This document shows positions 23,480 to 33,548 of a DNA stretch of 60,251 nucleotides, in pieces. This stretch comes from a virus (lineage: Duplodnaviria; Caudoviricetes): the IMG/VR virus record IMGVR_UViG_3300042478_002844, positions 1 to 60,251 of that record; one strand, 5' to 3'. Position 1 is the stretch's first letter, and the number at the start of each line of letters is the position of its first letter. The notes beneath the pieces are model-generated. The model was given only the letters and a program-made list of their open reading frames with translations. It made no database searches and had not been told where the DNA came from. The position numbers and the translations under genes are program-made.

Positions 23480-24478
23480 ATGCCTAATTTAACAAACAAA
23501 AAAATGTCAGAGATACATAAAACCGTGCTAAATATAGCAGGTTCGAATAATGGCATTACATCTCAAGTCAATCACATTTGCGATGGAGCTGGCTACAATA
23601 CTGGACTTTCAATATCTAATGAAAAAGTAAACATCAATTCAAGAAGAGGTTTTATAAATAATTTTATACATAATGGATGCTCTTCATCTTCAATCAAAAA
23701 AGATTTATCTTTTCCAAACAGCATAAGCAGCAGTCTTATCAATCCAGCAGACTGGCAGTTTACAATTGACTTAGATTACTACAGTGGTGGAAGAGTGCAT
23801 TTAATAAGAGATAATTACACTTTTAAAATAGCCGTAAACAGTAGTTACTTTAATCAAAATCTAGATGGCACCCCGAAGCTTGTTGGATACTGGCTAAGAA
23901 GGTATGGCGGAGTTAAATATTATATGGTTAACGGAAGCACAGTTAGCCCTACTACAAATTTTGACAATACTCTTTATTCTTTATCTCCCGATCCAAATAC
24001 TGTTTCAGATACTGGTCGTTTAGTGTTCAATAGTGGACTAATTACTACGAAACAAAATACATTTGAAGGTATGAGGCACCCATGGTCTTCTTTAGCTTTT
24101 ACTCTTATTCTTTCATGCGATGAAGGGCTTGATATAGTTGTAGACAATACAATAAGAAAAATTAGAGAGTTTGAAGGTTCAAACAGTGGTTATTCATCTG
24201 TTGCTTCTATTATGCCTACAGATATTAGCAACTACCTAATGTATCTGACGAACTTTGATCGTTTTGTGGTAACTAGTACCCCAACAGTATATGAGTTTAA
24301 GACATTTAATCCAATATTGTATGGTATAGGAGGAGAAGGTGGGTATCCAGGACATCCACTTAATGATACGGGCGATCCATGTGTTTTTTGTGGAAAAGAA
24401 ATACTTCCAAATGTAGATTTAAGACTTTTAAATCTTATTCAGTTTCCTTACTTTTTTGTCACTAAACTTACTTCTTAA
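23480..24478 (+). CDS. Probable virion structural protein
   Basis: N-terminal module (ICDGAGYNTGLSIS) paralogous to the upstream gene. Confidence 0.6.
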   Translation: MPNLTNKKMSEIHKTVLNIAGSNNGITSQVNHICDGAGYNTGLSISNEKVNINSRRGFINNFIHNGCSSSSIKKDLSFPNSISSSLINPADWQFTIDLDYYSGGRVHLIRDNYTFKIAVNSSYFNQNLDGTPKLVGYWLRRYGGVKYYMVNGSTVSPTTNFDNTLYSLSPDPNTVSDTGRLVFNSGLITTKQNTFEGMRHPWSSLAFTLILSCDEGLDIVVDNTIRKIREFEGSNSGYSSVASIMPTDISNYLMYLTNFDRFVVTSTPTVYEFKTFNPILYGIGGEGGYPGHPLNDTGDPCVFCGKEILPNVDLRLLNLIQFPYFFVTKLTS

Positions 24479-24761
24479 AGTTTGACAAAAAAGAAGCTAT
24501 CTTTTTACATTCAGACTCTTTAATTCCTAATATGTCTACAAGTTTTCCAGACATATAGTTTTGCCTGTCTTTAGATTTATAGTTTTCAGAAACAAGTTTC
24601 ATTACTTCTTTTGTTTGATCATTTGACATGGAAACTTCAAATGATTCAAAAATTGCTTTCTTCAAAGATGCAGATTTTGTCATTCTTGCCTGTCCAATAC
24701 TGTCTGCAATATTTTGCAGTGATCTCAAGTACCAGTTTTGTGCTTCATCTTCATTTGACAT
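24468..24761 (-). CDS. Hypothetical protein
   Basis: NWYLRS and MTKSAS motifs. Confidence 0.7.
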   Translation of the reverse strand: MSNEDEAQNWYLRSLQNIADSIGQARMTKSASLKKAIFESFEVSMSNDQTKEVMKLVSENYKSKDRQNYMSGKLVDILGIKESECKKIASFLSNFKK

Positions 24762-25383
24762 ATTCTGCCTCCAGGATTACGTTATCTAAGTCTCTCCAAT
24801 TTATCTTTTCCCAAATTTTATCTATATAATCCTTTTTTCTATTTCTAAAATCAACATAATAACTATGCTCCCATAAATCTAAACCCATTAGCACTTTGCA
24901 TGGCTCATAGTTTAATGGAGTATCCTGGTTGGTTGTATTTTTGATTTTTAATCCATGCTTGTTTATTATTAGCCAGCACCATCCTGATCCAAAATAATTT
25001 TGAGATGACTCTTTAAACTTGCCCTCAAAATTTTTAAAATCTCCAAAATCTCTAGCTATAAGTTTACTGAGCAATTTTCCTGGCTTTGTTGGACCCTCAT
25101 TGAATAAATTAAAATACACTATGTGATTATAATGTCCACCTCCAAAGTTTTTAACTTTTTGAGCCAAGTCTTCATCAATTTCATCAAGCGTCTTTTTGCT
25201 TATTAGTTCATCTAAAGACAATTCTGTTAAAAAGTCATTTCCACTAATTGTTTCATTTAATTTTTCCACATACGACTTATGATGCTTGTTGTGATGCAAT
25301 TTCATTGTTTCTTGAGATATGGCTGGCTCAAGAAAATCATAATCATATTTTAGTTTTGGTAAACTAAACGGATACTTTTCCAT
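24751..25383 (-). CDS. sod: Fe/Mn superoxide dismutase
   Basis: LEPAISQETMKLHHNKHH, GGGHYNH, FGSGWCWL, NQDTP, DLWEHSYY. Confidence 0.96.
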   Translation of the reverse strand: MEKYPFSLPKLKYDYDFLEPAISQETMKLHHNKHHKSYVEKLNETISGNDFLTELSLDELISKKTLDEIDEDLAQKVKNFGGGHYNHIVYFNLFNEGPTKPGKLLSKLIARDFGDFKNFEGKFKESSQNYFGSGWCWLIINKHGLKIKNTTNQDTPLNYEPCKVLMGLDLWEHSYYVDFRNRKKDYIDKIWEKINWRDLDNVILEAEYVK

Positions 25384-25385
25384 AA

Positions 25386-25841
25386 TTATAGACCTGGTGG
25401 AGGGCCTGAAGGGGCTCCACCTACAGGCTGACCTGGAGGCTTAGATCCTAGATTAATTCCCATCACAGCTCTAATAAAAGGGGGATCTTGATCTGGAGCG
25501 TCTGGATCAACAGTCTCTGCAATATCTAATTGGCCGGGACTTAATATAGACCCATTTGCCATAATAGCCATAATAGCAGATGTTTCAATATCATGACCAG
25601 AATCTATTGCATTTTTAAAGTGCTTATTTAATTTTTTAAGCAACTTCTTATCATCTTTTTTAATATCATTTATATTTTCAGCATCTACTCCAGATACTGT
25701 GCCGACTCTTTGCTCAGATGGTCCAGCTGGTCCAGCACCTCCTGGTGGAGGCGGAAGACCTCCTGCTGGTGGCGGTGGTGGTGGCGGTGGGGGCGGCGGT
25801 GGAGCTCCCTTTGCTTGAGATATCTTGTACCAGTTATTCAT
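25386..25841 (-). CDS. MNWYK-leader protein with poly-proline tracts
   Basis: MNNWYKISQ, then a poly-Pro run. Confidence 0.8.
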   Translation of the reverse strand: MNNWYKISQAKGAPPPPPPPPPPPPAGGLPPPPGGAGPAGPSEQRVGTVSGVDAENINDIKKDDKKLLKKLNKHFKNAIDSGHDIETSAIMAIMANGSILSPGQLDIAETVDPDAPDQDPPFIRAVMGINLGSKPPGQPVGGAPSGPPPGL

Positions 25842-27322
25842 GTTGCCTCTTTATATGATTTTACAAATACCATCTCTATATATTTAATCATTACTGCAAT
25901 ATACCTTGCAGTAAAAAAGTCAATAGCTGCGTCTCCAAATATAGAGTGAACTATATTTTTATTAAGTTTATTATCTTTTGTAATTATGCTTTGCTTATAT
26001 GAATTTATCAATGTCATGCACGAAGACAGGGCATCTTTTAGCTCGCTAATATCGTTTTTTGTAAAGTTTGTTACAGAAAGTCTTTTAGTCTCTCTTCTTA
26101 ATTGAAGAACTCCTAATATGTTTTTAACAGCTTCTAGCATTTTTTCCATAGCATTTAATTTAATACTATTTACATTTATTTCTATGGCATATTTTTCACT
26201 AATCCACATTCCCTCGTGCTGAAAACCCTTAGGATCTCCTGGAAGCAGATCCTTAAAGCTCTCTTCTGTGATAGGAGCAGTGATTGGCTTAAAAATAGGA
26301 TGTCTCTCTGTATCCGGTAAAGTTTGACGCTCATTCACGCTTTCAGACCTGTCTTTTGTGTAATCAGTACGTACCATTCGCTTTCTTTGAGCTTCTGCCT
26401 CTATTACCTGAACTATTTGAAGTGCAACACTGAGTATGTCTTTTACATTATGCCTTATTTTTCCAGATGGATCTGGCAGAATATCATTAAGAGCTCCAGA
26501 GTTTATATTTGTCTTAAACTCTTCCGGCTTGCCAATATATCTCATCACAAGAGCGTTAATCGCATCTTGCTCTGTCTTAATAAATTTTGAACCTTTTTTC
26601 TTTATTTCTTGATCAATAATAGAAGAAATGCTTTTAAAAACTTCAGGAGAGCCCTTGCTTACTATTGACTCGCTTTGATTTTTGTAGTATGATACAATTC
26701 CTTTTAAACGCTCTATTCTTGCTTCTAGTATATCTTCGCACTTTTTCAGCATAGGTATTGCTGGCATAAGGTTTGATACATCTCCTCTTTCATAGTTTGC
26801 TAGCCTTTCGTTTCTTGCCCAAGAATCTGTATCTCTAAGCAAAAATTGAGTTTCTCTATTTAGCTTCGTTAATATCTGCAAATTTTTAGATTTTAATCCA
26901 GAAAGTCCTTCGCTTATAGACTTTATAGCTTCTGGAGATCTAGCATAAACTAATTGCCCATTTTCCAAATTAATGTAATCATATCCAATGTGAATCCCGC
27001 CATCTTTATGTTGACGTATAATTAATATTGGTATATTTTTACCCGCCTCATCAATTATATTAATTGTATTATTTTTTGCTTTGGAAGATTTAAGCAACCA
27101 ATAATATGGCACTTGATTAAATGTAAAGCCTGGGAATTTTAATTTTGCGTCTTCTACTATTTTTGCCAAAGCATTTTTCATCTCATCACTTGCATTCATT
27201 TGCTCTAAAGACTTATACATCATAACAGTAGCATAACTCTTACTGTCTCCTTTAAGTAATGGAGTAAGCAAGTTAGGATCTTGACTTCTTAAAAATTCTT
27301 CAGATATGCTCTTCTTTAACAT
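25838..27322 (-). CDS. Hypothetical protein
   Basis: 494-aa ORF. Confidence 0.8.
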   Translation of the reverse strand: MLKKSISEEFLRSQDPNLLTPLLKGDSKSYATVMMYKSLEQMNASDEMKNALAKIVEDAKLKFPGFTFNQVPYYWLLKSSKAKNNTINIIDEAGKNIPILIIRQHKDGGIHIGYDYINLENGQLVYARSPEAIKSISEGLSGLKSKNLQILTKLNRETQFLLRDTDSWARNERLANYERGDVSNLMPAIPMLKKCEDILEARIERLKGIVSYYKNQSESIVSKGSPEVFKSISSIIDQEIKKKGSKFIKTEQDAINALVMRYIGKPEEFKTNINSGALNDILPDPSGKIRHNVKDILSVALQIVQVIEAEAQRKRMVRTDYTKDRSESVNERQTLPDTERHPIFKPITAPITEESFKDLLPGDPKGFQHEGMWISEKYAIEINVNSIKLNAMEKMLEAVKNILGVLQLRRETKRLSVTNFTKNDISELKDALSSCMTLINSYKQSIITKDNKLNKNIVHSIFGDAAIDFFTARYIAVMIKYIEMVFVKSYKEAT

Positions 27323-27325
27323 AAA

Positions 27326-28276
27326 TTATGTAAGCCTTAGACCTTCGGCAGGGTTAAATTGCATGTTCTGCATATTTTCTTTTACTCCGCTAATCATATT
27401 CAGTATAGATGCTGAGCATGAATTTAGTTCTAATGCTTCTCTGTAAAGCTGACATACATACATGGGATCATTGCTGAATTGCCCTGCTTTCATCTTTTGT
27501 TGTATTTCTGTCAATTTTGCCTTAAATTTATTAATGTCTTTTATCTCTCCATCTGGAGGACATGGTGGAGACTGTGTGTCGTTTGCGCAATACGCATTTA
27601 ATTGCGTAGCCTGCTGCTGAATTGATGCTATTATGGGTTTTAATATTTGATCTGATTGCTGCTGCACTTCTTGACTCATCTGTTGTAGTTGACCTTGAAG
27701 CTGCTGAGGATCCTGAGACGGCTGTTCGCCAGAACCACTCATCCACTCAATGACTGCAGGTGCTGCGCTTAATGCAAGAGGTATAGCATATGGCAATAAG
27801 GCGGCAATAGGAAGTGCGACCTTCATATTGGCTTGGTCATCTTTTGATTTAATCCATCCCTGAGACTTTCCTATTTTTACCCATTCTTGTTTAGTCATTT
27901 TTACTTTAGCATGCAACAGTTTTAATTCTGGAGCGATAAGCTCAATATTACTTACTCCAGTTTCTTGTGGAGTTTTAGGCATTTTTCTCCAACCAGATCT
28001 TGGCATCTTGTACAGATCAGCTCCTCTTCTGGACCTTACTGGTGGGTCAATAGTCGTAACTGGTCTAGGAATTATTTCTTCTCCTGTTGGCCCAGTGGTG
28101 AACCCCACAATATGTAATCTTTCTGTGAATCTTTCCATGTTCTCTGTAGGCATAATAATGAAGCCCATACGTCCTTTGCCTGCTTGAGCTTCCCATACTC
28201 CCACTGGAACTCCATTTCTTTCAGCCAACTCTCTTGCGTCTTCTAGAACCTCCACTGGGATATTGATATTAGACAT
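27326..28276 (-). CDS. Protein with internal W-x3-G-x3-GW leader, hydrophobic helix and Gln/Cys-rich C-terminal domain
   Basis: KMTKQEWVKIGKSQGWIK...MKVA followed by LPIAALLPYAIPLAL. Confidence 0.8.
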   Translation of the reverse strand: MSNINIPVEVLEDARELAERNGVPVGVWEAQAGKGRMGFIIMPTENMERFTERLHIVGFTTGPTGEEIIPRPVTTIDPPVRSRRGADLYKMPRSGWRKMPKTPQETGVSNIELIAPELKLLHAKVKMTKQEWVKIGKSQGWIKSKDDQANMKVALPIAALLPYAIPLALSAAPAVIEWMSGSGEQPSQDPQQLQGQLQQMSQEVQQQSDQILKPIIASIQQQATQLNAYCANDTQSPPCPPDGEIKDINKFKAKLTEIQQKMKAGQFSNDPMYVCQLYREALELNSCSASILNMISGVKENMQNMQFNPAEGLRLT

Positions 28277-28559
28277 GAACTTCTACCTTTCCATTTAAAA
28301 CACTAAATTTTTGATTACTATTCTTTACCTTAAACATACTATTGCTTACTACAAAAACATTTGGTCCTGCAGACTCTATTAACGAAGGCTGCTCCACGCT
28401 TCTTTGTATAAATTTATTTATTTCGTCTTGGGCTCTTTCTTCAGAACTCAAGTACATCTCATCAACATAATGCCAGCCATCTTCTTCTTTTTCAAAATGC
28501 ACAATAGATGGGTGTACGTTTGCCTGCTTTTTAAAAAAATTAGATTCAATTTTAATCAT
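28269..28559 (-). CDS. Hypothetical protein
   Basis: FKKQAN junction. Confidence 0.7.
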   Translation of the reverse strand: MIKIESNFFKKQANVHPSIVHFEKEEDGWHYVDEMYLSSEERAQDEINKFIQRSVEQPSLIESAGPNVFVVSNSMFKVKNSNQKFSVLNGKVEVHV

Positions 28560-29683
28560 ACTTCCTTACCTATCCACGCTGTTGCGCTAGTCCTTCCATC
28601 CACATTTAAAGACACAAAATATTCTTTAGATATACTATTTTTTATTATTTCTCCCATTTTTGCCTTTGTCTTTTTATCAAAAATAATCATGCGGTCTTTT
28701 CCGATTGGACGCCAACACCAATTAATTTTGTTTTCTAGCTCAAAGCCCCCATCATTTTTTAAATTTACAATAATGAACTGCTTAGCATGTATTTTATTTA
28801 TAAGTTTAATTTTTATATTTTTATCAAATATTTCTTCTTTTTTACTTACGTGGTTTATTTGTTGAGATTTTTTGGATGTATTATTAAAAACCTTACTGCT
28901 CACATTGTCGCTATTATCAGCTGGGATCCAGCCTTTGGGAAACCACATGTTTTGATTAAATTTTTTAAACCAAGGGTATGGGTAATAAACTTTTCCATTT
29001 TTATTTAAAAATCCACCCCACCAATGAAAAGTAGAATTTGATATAATACAATATTTTGCTTCTGACAATATTGGTAAGCAAAGTGGATATTCTATATAAT
29101 CATTTACAAAAAATAATCTATCATCATATTTTTTAAATATTTTTTTATAATGCTGAGTGTCTTCTTGGGGGACAACACTTACAGCAATTTTTAAGTTTTT
29201 TGGTAATATCTCTATTATTTTACTATAATAGCTAAAAGATAATCTTTCATCTATATTGTTATAATATGTTTTAAAATCTCCACCCCTTATATTTAAACTT
29301 ATATAATTATTGTCTTTAATTTTAAATTGATTTATAATTTTATTGCAATTATTAAATGTATCTTTTTGATAACGCAAAACATTTCTTATATATGTTTTTG
29401 AATTTTCGAGGTTATACTGAAAGTTGAAACCTCTGTAGATATGCAGTCCCTTACAATCTTCTTTGGCATAAACGATTTTTAAATTGATATCAGGGTCAAA
29501 AATTGAAAGAAAATCGTCTGATACTTCTCTAATTTTTTTTCTCTTGTGATCATAGCCACATTTTTTTGATTCTAATAAGTATAGCTGATTGGCTTTATTA
29601 TTTTCTTTTATGTTAGATAATGCTAAAGATAGTCCAAACAAAAAATTGCCAACACCCCAATTTGATTCTACTGCAACAGACAT
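28556..29683 (-). CDS. GT11 alpha-1,2-fucosyltransferase-like protein
   Basis: GVGNFLF, LNIRGGDF (HxRxGD-like), IISNSTFHWWGGFLN, YPYPW. Confidence 0.8.
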   Translation of the reverse strand: MSVAVESNWGVGNFLFGLSLALSNIKENNKANQLYLLESKKCGYDHKRKKIREVSDDFLSIFDPDINLKIVYAKEDCKGLHIYRGFNFQYNLENSKTYIRNVLRYQKDTFNNCNKIINQFKIKDNNYISLNIRGGDFKTYYNNIDERLSFSYYSKIIEILPKNLKIAVSVVPQEDTQHYKKIFKKYDDRLFFVNDYIEYPLCLPILSEAKYCIISNSTFHWWGGFLNKNGKVYYPYPWFKKFNQNMWFPKGWIPADNSDNVSSKVFNNTSKKSQQINHVSKKEEIFDKNIKIKLINKIHAKQFIIVNLKNDGGFELENKINWCWRPIGKDRMIIFDKKTKAKMGEIIKNSISKEYFVSLNVDGRTSATAWIGKEV

Positions 29684-29684
29684 G

Positions 29685-30446
29685 CTATTTATTTAACCTA
29701 ATAGATTTTAATATATTCTTTATTTTTTCGACTCTTTCAAGTCCACCTTTTGCCTTGTTTCCTGCCTTGTCATTATCATACCTGCCAATCCCTGAAGTGG
29801 TAGGCAAAGAAGCAAACTCAGCAGCCAAGTCATTCACAGCCGCTTCTATGTTGTCGCTTCTGCCTTCTATATAATCCATTAAGTTTTTACGTTTATACAT
29901 CAAGTGCATAAAAAGCTTTTCTTGAACATCTGGAATGAAAAAATCGTTGACACTTACACCTACTTTTGGATTTTTAACTGCTTCTGCAAGAGTTGAAGGA
30001 ATCATCTGATATTTTCCCACTGCAAAAAGCTCACGCTTACCATCTGACATCTTTGTGTTTTGCTTTGCCATTATTTGAGCGATTGTCAGCTTGGTAATAT
30101 CTATTGCAGGTTTCTTTGTATCTCCAGCCATACCCCTATTGTAGGCATAATAGTTGCCTTCTCCTGAAGCTATTTCTGCTTTAAGTAAATTCAGGCCATC
30201 GTTTTCTGATATCGAAGGCTTTTTGCTATCTATCTGTTCTTCTTTCTTCTCTACTACTGAAGGTAATTTTAAAACCTGACCAGGCTTAATCTTATTCGGG
30301 TCTTGCATGTTATTTAGTTTTTGAATTTCTGGCCAACGATTAATATCCTTTAACATTTTCTGAGCTATGAGGGACAAGCTGTCTCCTTCAACAACCGTGT
30401 AAGTGGCGTTATCTTGTACTTGTTGTGACATTTTATACCAGGTCAT
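29685..30446 (-). CDS. LysM + lysozyme-like peptidoglycan hydrolase with MxWYK leader
   Basis: MTWYKMSQ. LysM YTVVEGDSLSLIA...IKPGQVLKLP. EIASGEG, AVGKYQMIPSTL, AEFASLP. Confidence 0.85.
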   Translation of the reverse strand: MTWYKMSQQVQDNATYTVVEGDSLSLIAQKMLKDINRWPEIQKLNNMQDPNKIKPGQVLKLPSVVEKKEEQIDSKKPSISENDGLNLLKAEIASGEGNYYAYNRGMAGDTKKPAIDITKLTIAQIMAKQNTKMSDGKRELFAVGKYQMIPSTLAEAVKNPKVGVSVNDFFIPDVQEKLFMHLMYKRKNLMDYIEGRSDNIEAAVNDLAAEFASLPTTSGIGRYDNDKAGNKAKGGLERVEKIKNILKSIRLNK

Positions 30447-30507
30447 GTGTGTATCTCTTTCGTAATATATACTTATATCTAAATACAATTTAGGTATCAA
30501 AAAACCT

Positions 30508-31227
30508 ATGAACAAAGAACGTATAAGCATATTTCATCCTCAAGGACTTGGCGATGCGATTATCTGCAACGGCTTTTGTAGATATTACGCCAACAATGAC
30601 AGTACTGAAAAAGTTTATGTATATGTAAGGAAAAGATATATTGATATCGTCAGATGGATGTACCGAGATAATTTAAAAATTGTTCCTATACCTGTATCTG
30701 TGCCGCATTCAGAAGCATACAGTTATTGCAGTAATATTGCTAAAACTTTACGTTCAAAAGTTATTTTCGTCGGGAATACTCCGGTCAACAAATACAATGA
30801 TATACATAAAAAATATAAAAAGTTTGATGAAATCATATATGAGTTAGGAAAAGTTCCCTATGATCATAGATTTAAAAGCTTTTACATACAAAGAGAATTA
30901 GATATAGAAAAACAAGTCGCAGAAAAGCTTGGAGCTTTTGGCTCATACGCATTTGTACACGATGATCCAGAAAAAGGCTTTATATTAAATCCAAAGACTT
31001 CAATAAAACAGATAAGAAACGATAAGTCGATAAATCCTTTTCATCTTTGCTCTATCCTGGAAAATGCAGAAGAGATCCATTTAATGGAAAGTAGCATAAA
31101 AAATCTTTGCGAACAACTTATGTTAAAATCTAAAAAACTTTTTAGATACGATAAGGTGAGGCAGCAAAGCGGATATACTGGATGGAAGATATCTAAGGAG
31201 AGATACACATGGCAGAGAATATTTTAA
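30508..31227 (+). CDS. Glycosyltransferase-like protein
   Basis: QGLGDAIICNG, AFVHDD, ILENAEEIHLMESS, typical of viral GT-like proteins. Confidence 0.6.
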   Translation: MNKERISIFHPQGLGDAIICNGFCRYYANNDSTEKVYVYVRKRYIDIVRWMYRDNLKIVPIPVSVPHSEAYSYCSNIAKTLRSKVIFVGNTPVNKYNDIHKKYKKFDEIIYELGKVPYDHRFKSFYIQRELDIEKQVAEKLGAFGSYAFVHDDPEKGFILNPKTSIKQIRNDKSINPFHLCSILENAEEIHLMESSIKNLCEQLMLKSKKLFRYDKVRQQSGYTGWKISKERYTWQRIF

Positions 31228-31607
31228 AAATTCCCGTGTCTACTGGAGAGCTTTTTGATAAAATTTCCATCCTAAAAATAAAGTGCAAAAAGTTTACAGA
31301 CCCTTCAAAGCTAGCAAATGTAAATAAAGAACTTGAAGATCTTATGTCTGTAGCATCTTCTCATTTTGATACAAAGACTGTAGAGCATTGTATTACATCA
31401 ATGACGACAGTGAATGAAACTTTGTGGGACATAGAAGAAAATATAAGAAAAAAAGAATTCGACAAATCATTTGATGAAGAATTTGTAGCACTTGCAAGAA
31501 GCGTATACTTCTATAATACTGAACGTTCTGAAAAGAAAAAACTTATTAGCAGTATGCTTGGCAGCAGCATAATAGAAGAAAAAGACTACTCCACAGGATG
31601 GAAGTAG
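31209..31607 (+). CDS. DUF6165-like protein
   Basis: PVSTGELFDKISILKIK, LWDIEE.IR, LARSVY..N..R. Confidence 0.8.
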   Translation: MAENILKIPVSTGELFDKISILKIKCKKFTDPSKLANVNKELEDLMSVASSHFDTKTVEHCITSMTTVNETLWDIEENIRKKEFDKSFDEEFVALARSVYFYNTERSEKKKLISSMLGSSIIEEKDYSTGWK

Positions 31608-31633
31608 CCTTTTCTTTTAAATGTGAATACGCT

Positions 31634-32185
31634 TTACTCAACTGGTTCAGGTTGAGGACTTTGCCCAGTTTGTTGGCCTTGTGATGCCTGTCCAGCTTGC
31701 TGATTAGCTTGAGATTGCCCCTGTTGCTGTCCAGCCTGCTGTCCTTGCTGTTGTTGCTTTCTTGCAAGTTCAGCTGCAGCAATCTGAGCGTTTCCTTTTC
31801 CAGCAGAAGCATTCTCTGCTTCTGCCCTATCAATTGATGCTTTTGCTTGTTCTTTAAAGTTCTTAATTGCTTCATCAACCTGAGGAGACATCCCAGCTAT
31901 ACTTGCAAAAGTAACTTCTGATTGCTGTAAAATTTGTTTAATTTGATTTATCTTTTCTTGAGGTATGCCATAACCAAAAAGTCTTTCTTTCCAGTCGCCC
32001 GACTTGTATTTGTCGTAAAGCCAGTTGCCCGCCATCCCAGCTACACCGCCCAAAAGACCAGTGACAAGTGGAGCAAGAGCTTCTTTTTGCAATCTGCTTT
32101 CGCCAGTGGAGGTCTTTAAATAACCCCTTTTAACCCCAGCATTTTGCCAAGCTTCTTTTGTAAGTTTAAACTTTTTATTACTCAT
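31634..32185 (-). CDS. Leader-bearing glycine-zipper protein
   Basis: FKLTKEAWQNAGVKRGYLK...QKEA leader, GLLGGVAGMAGNW zipper, GMSPQVD motif. Confidence 0.85.
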   Translation of the reverse strand: MSNKKFKLTKEAWQNAGVKRGYLKTSTGESRLQKEALAPLVTGLLGGVAGMAGNWLYDKYKSGDWKERLFGYGIPQEKINQIKQILQQSEVTFASIAGMSPQVDEAIKNFKEQAKASIDRAEAENASAGKGNAQIAAAELARKQQQQGQQAGQQQGQSQANQQAGQASQGQQTGQSPQPEPVE

Positions 32186-32203
32186 AATTATTATTACCTT
32201 ATT

Positions 32204-33478
32204 TTATGATTGTCTTTGCTGCTGCATACCTTGCATTGTTTGTTGAACAACTTGCTGTGCAAGCGGAGATTGCTGATTCATTTTATTAATAGCTGCTAAT
32301 ACTGTTGCGTTCAATCTTTCTATTGCATCATCTATGGCATTTGTAGCCCCTTTTGCGCCTTGCAAAGATCTCAGCTGAGCGCTTGCAACAAGTGCAGAAT
32401 TAACCTTTTGAGGATTAGTAAGGAATTCTTGATTAATAACCTGATTGTTTATAGCTTTATCCCTCAAGTATTGATATCCTTTTGCTCCTAATGCTGCACC
32501 TCCAGCACCCATCAAAAGGCCTCCCACTCCTAGTCCGCCCATGAGCTGAGGGCCCCATCCAAGACCTTGAACCCCCATTCGGCCTACGTTTGCTACACCA
32601 GAGCCCGCTGCTTGCATTCCTCTCCCTAAAGTGCCTAAATTTTGGGTAGTTTGAGAAAACTGTCCTGGAATATTTTTTACTCCCTGCACTGCAGATCTGG
32701 CTTTACCAGCTACATCTTGCCCAAAACCAGCTAATTGAGATATAGGTTTGCCTGTTCTTGGATCTAGTCTTTGCACAAATCCTGTCCCTGTTCCATCTGC
32801 TGGAGTTGCTTTTCCTCTTAGCGCAGTCCACATTTTTTGACCATTTGGAGTTTTCATTAATTCTTTTTTAAAGAGAACTTGTTCCCTTGGACTCATGCTC
32901 TGCAGCCTTTGTTGATTGACAGTTACTGCATCATTAAATCTATTTAGATTCATGCTTCTGTTTACTCCAGCGGCCATTTGCTGAGGAGTCATTCTTATCA
33001 TTCTGCCTGTTCTCGGATCTCTATATGTCAAATTTGCTGCTGGAGCTGATGGTTTTGCAACGGCTGCTTGTGCAGCAGCTTCTGGAGCTAGTTCGTAAGT
33101 TGGCGTTCCCTCAGGAGGAGGGGCTATTGCATTTTGACCTACTGCGGCCTGAGCTGCCTGCTGTCTTCTTGCAGCATTTTGTGCCTGCATTCTTTGAAAA
33201 GCGGCTTGCTGTGCTGGAGTTCTGGGCCTTCTTCCTTGTGCAGCAGCGCCTGCAGCAGCCATCTGTTGAGCTTGCGTATAGTCGTCAAGATAAGCTATTT
33301 TTGTTAGTAACTGATCTTTTACTCTCTCATCATTTGCTAGTTTAGAAGCGTAGGATCTTATATCTTCAATCTCACTAGAAGTTAGCCATCCATTAATTAC
33401 GCCTTGAGCAATCCATTCTTGGTCGTTTAATACTACTGTCTTTTTTCCAGTCAGTGAACTTGTTTTTATAAAAGCCAT
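32204..33478 (-). CDS. Leader-bearing glycine-zipper protein
   Basis: LNDQEWIAQGVINGW...TKIA leader, long GxxxG tract (GGLGVGGLLMGAGGAALG). Confidence 0.85.
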   Translation of the reverse strand: MAFIKTSSLTGKKTVVLNDQEWIAQGVINGWLTSSEIEDIRSYASKLANDERVKDQLLTKIAYLDDYTQAQQMAAAGAAAQGRRPRTPAQQAAFQRMQAQNAARRQQAAQAAVGQNAIAPPPEGTPTYELAPEAAAQAAVAKPSAPAANLTYRDPRTGRMIRMTPQQMAAGVNRSMNLNRFNDAVTVNQQRLQSMSPREQVLFKKELMKTPNGQKMWTALRGKATPADGTGTGFVQRLDPRTGKPISQLAGFGQDVAGKARSAVQGVKNIPGQFSQTTQNLGTLGRGMQAAGSGVANVGRMGVQGLGWGPQLMGGLGVGGLLMGAGGAALGAKGYQYLRDKAINNQVINQEFLTNPQKVNSALVASAQLRSLQGAKGATNAIDDAIERLNATVLAAINKMNQQSPLAQQVVQQTMQGMQQQRQS

Positions 33479-33548
33479 TTGTTAAACTCCGAGGTAAGAA
33501 CAAAAAAAATAAGTATTAATTTATACTACGCTAACAAGGAGATCCCTC

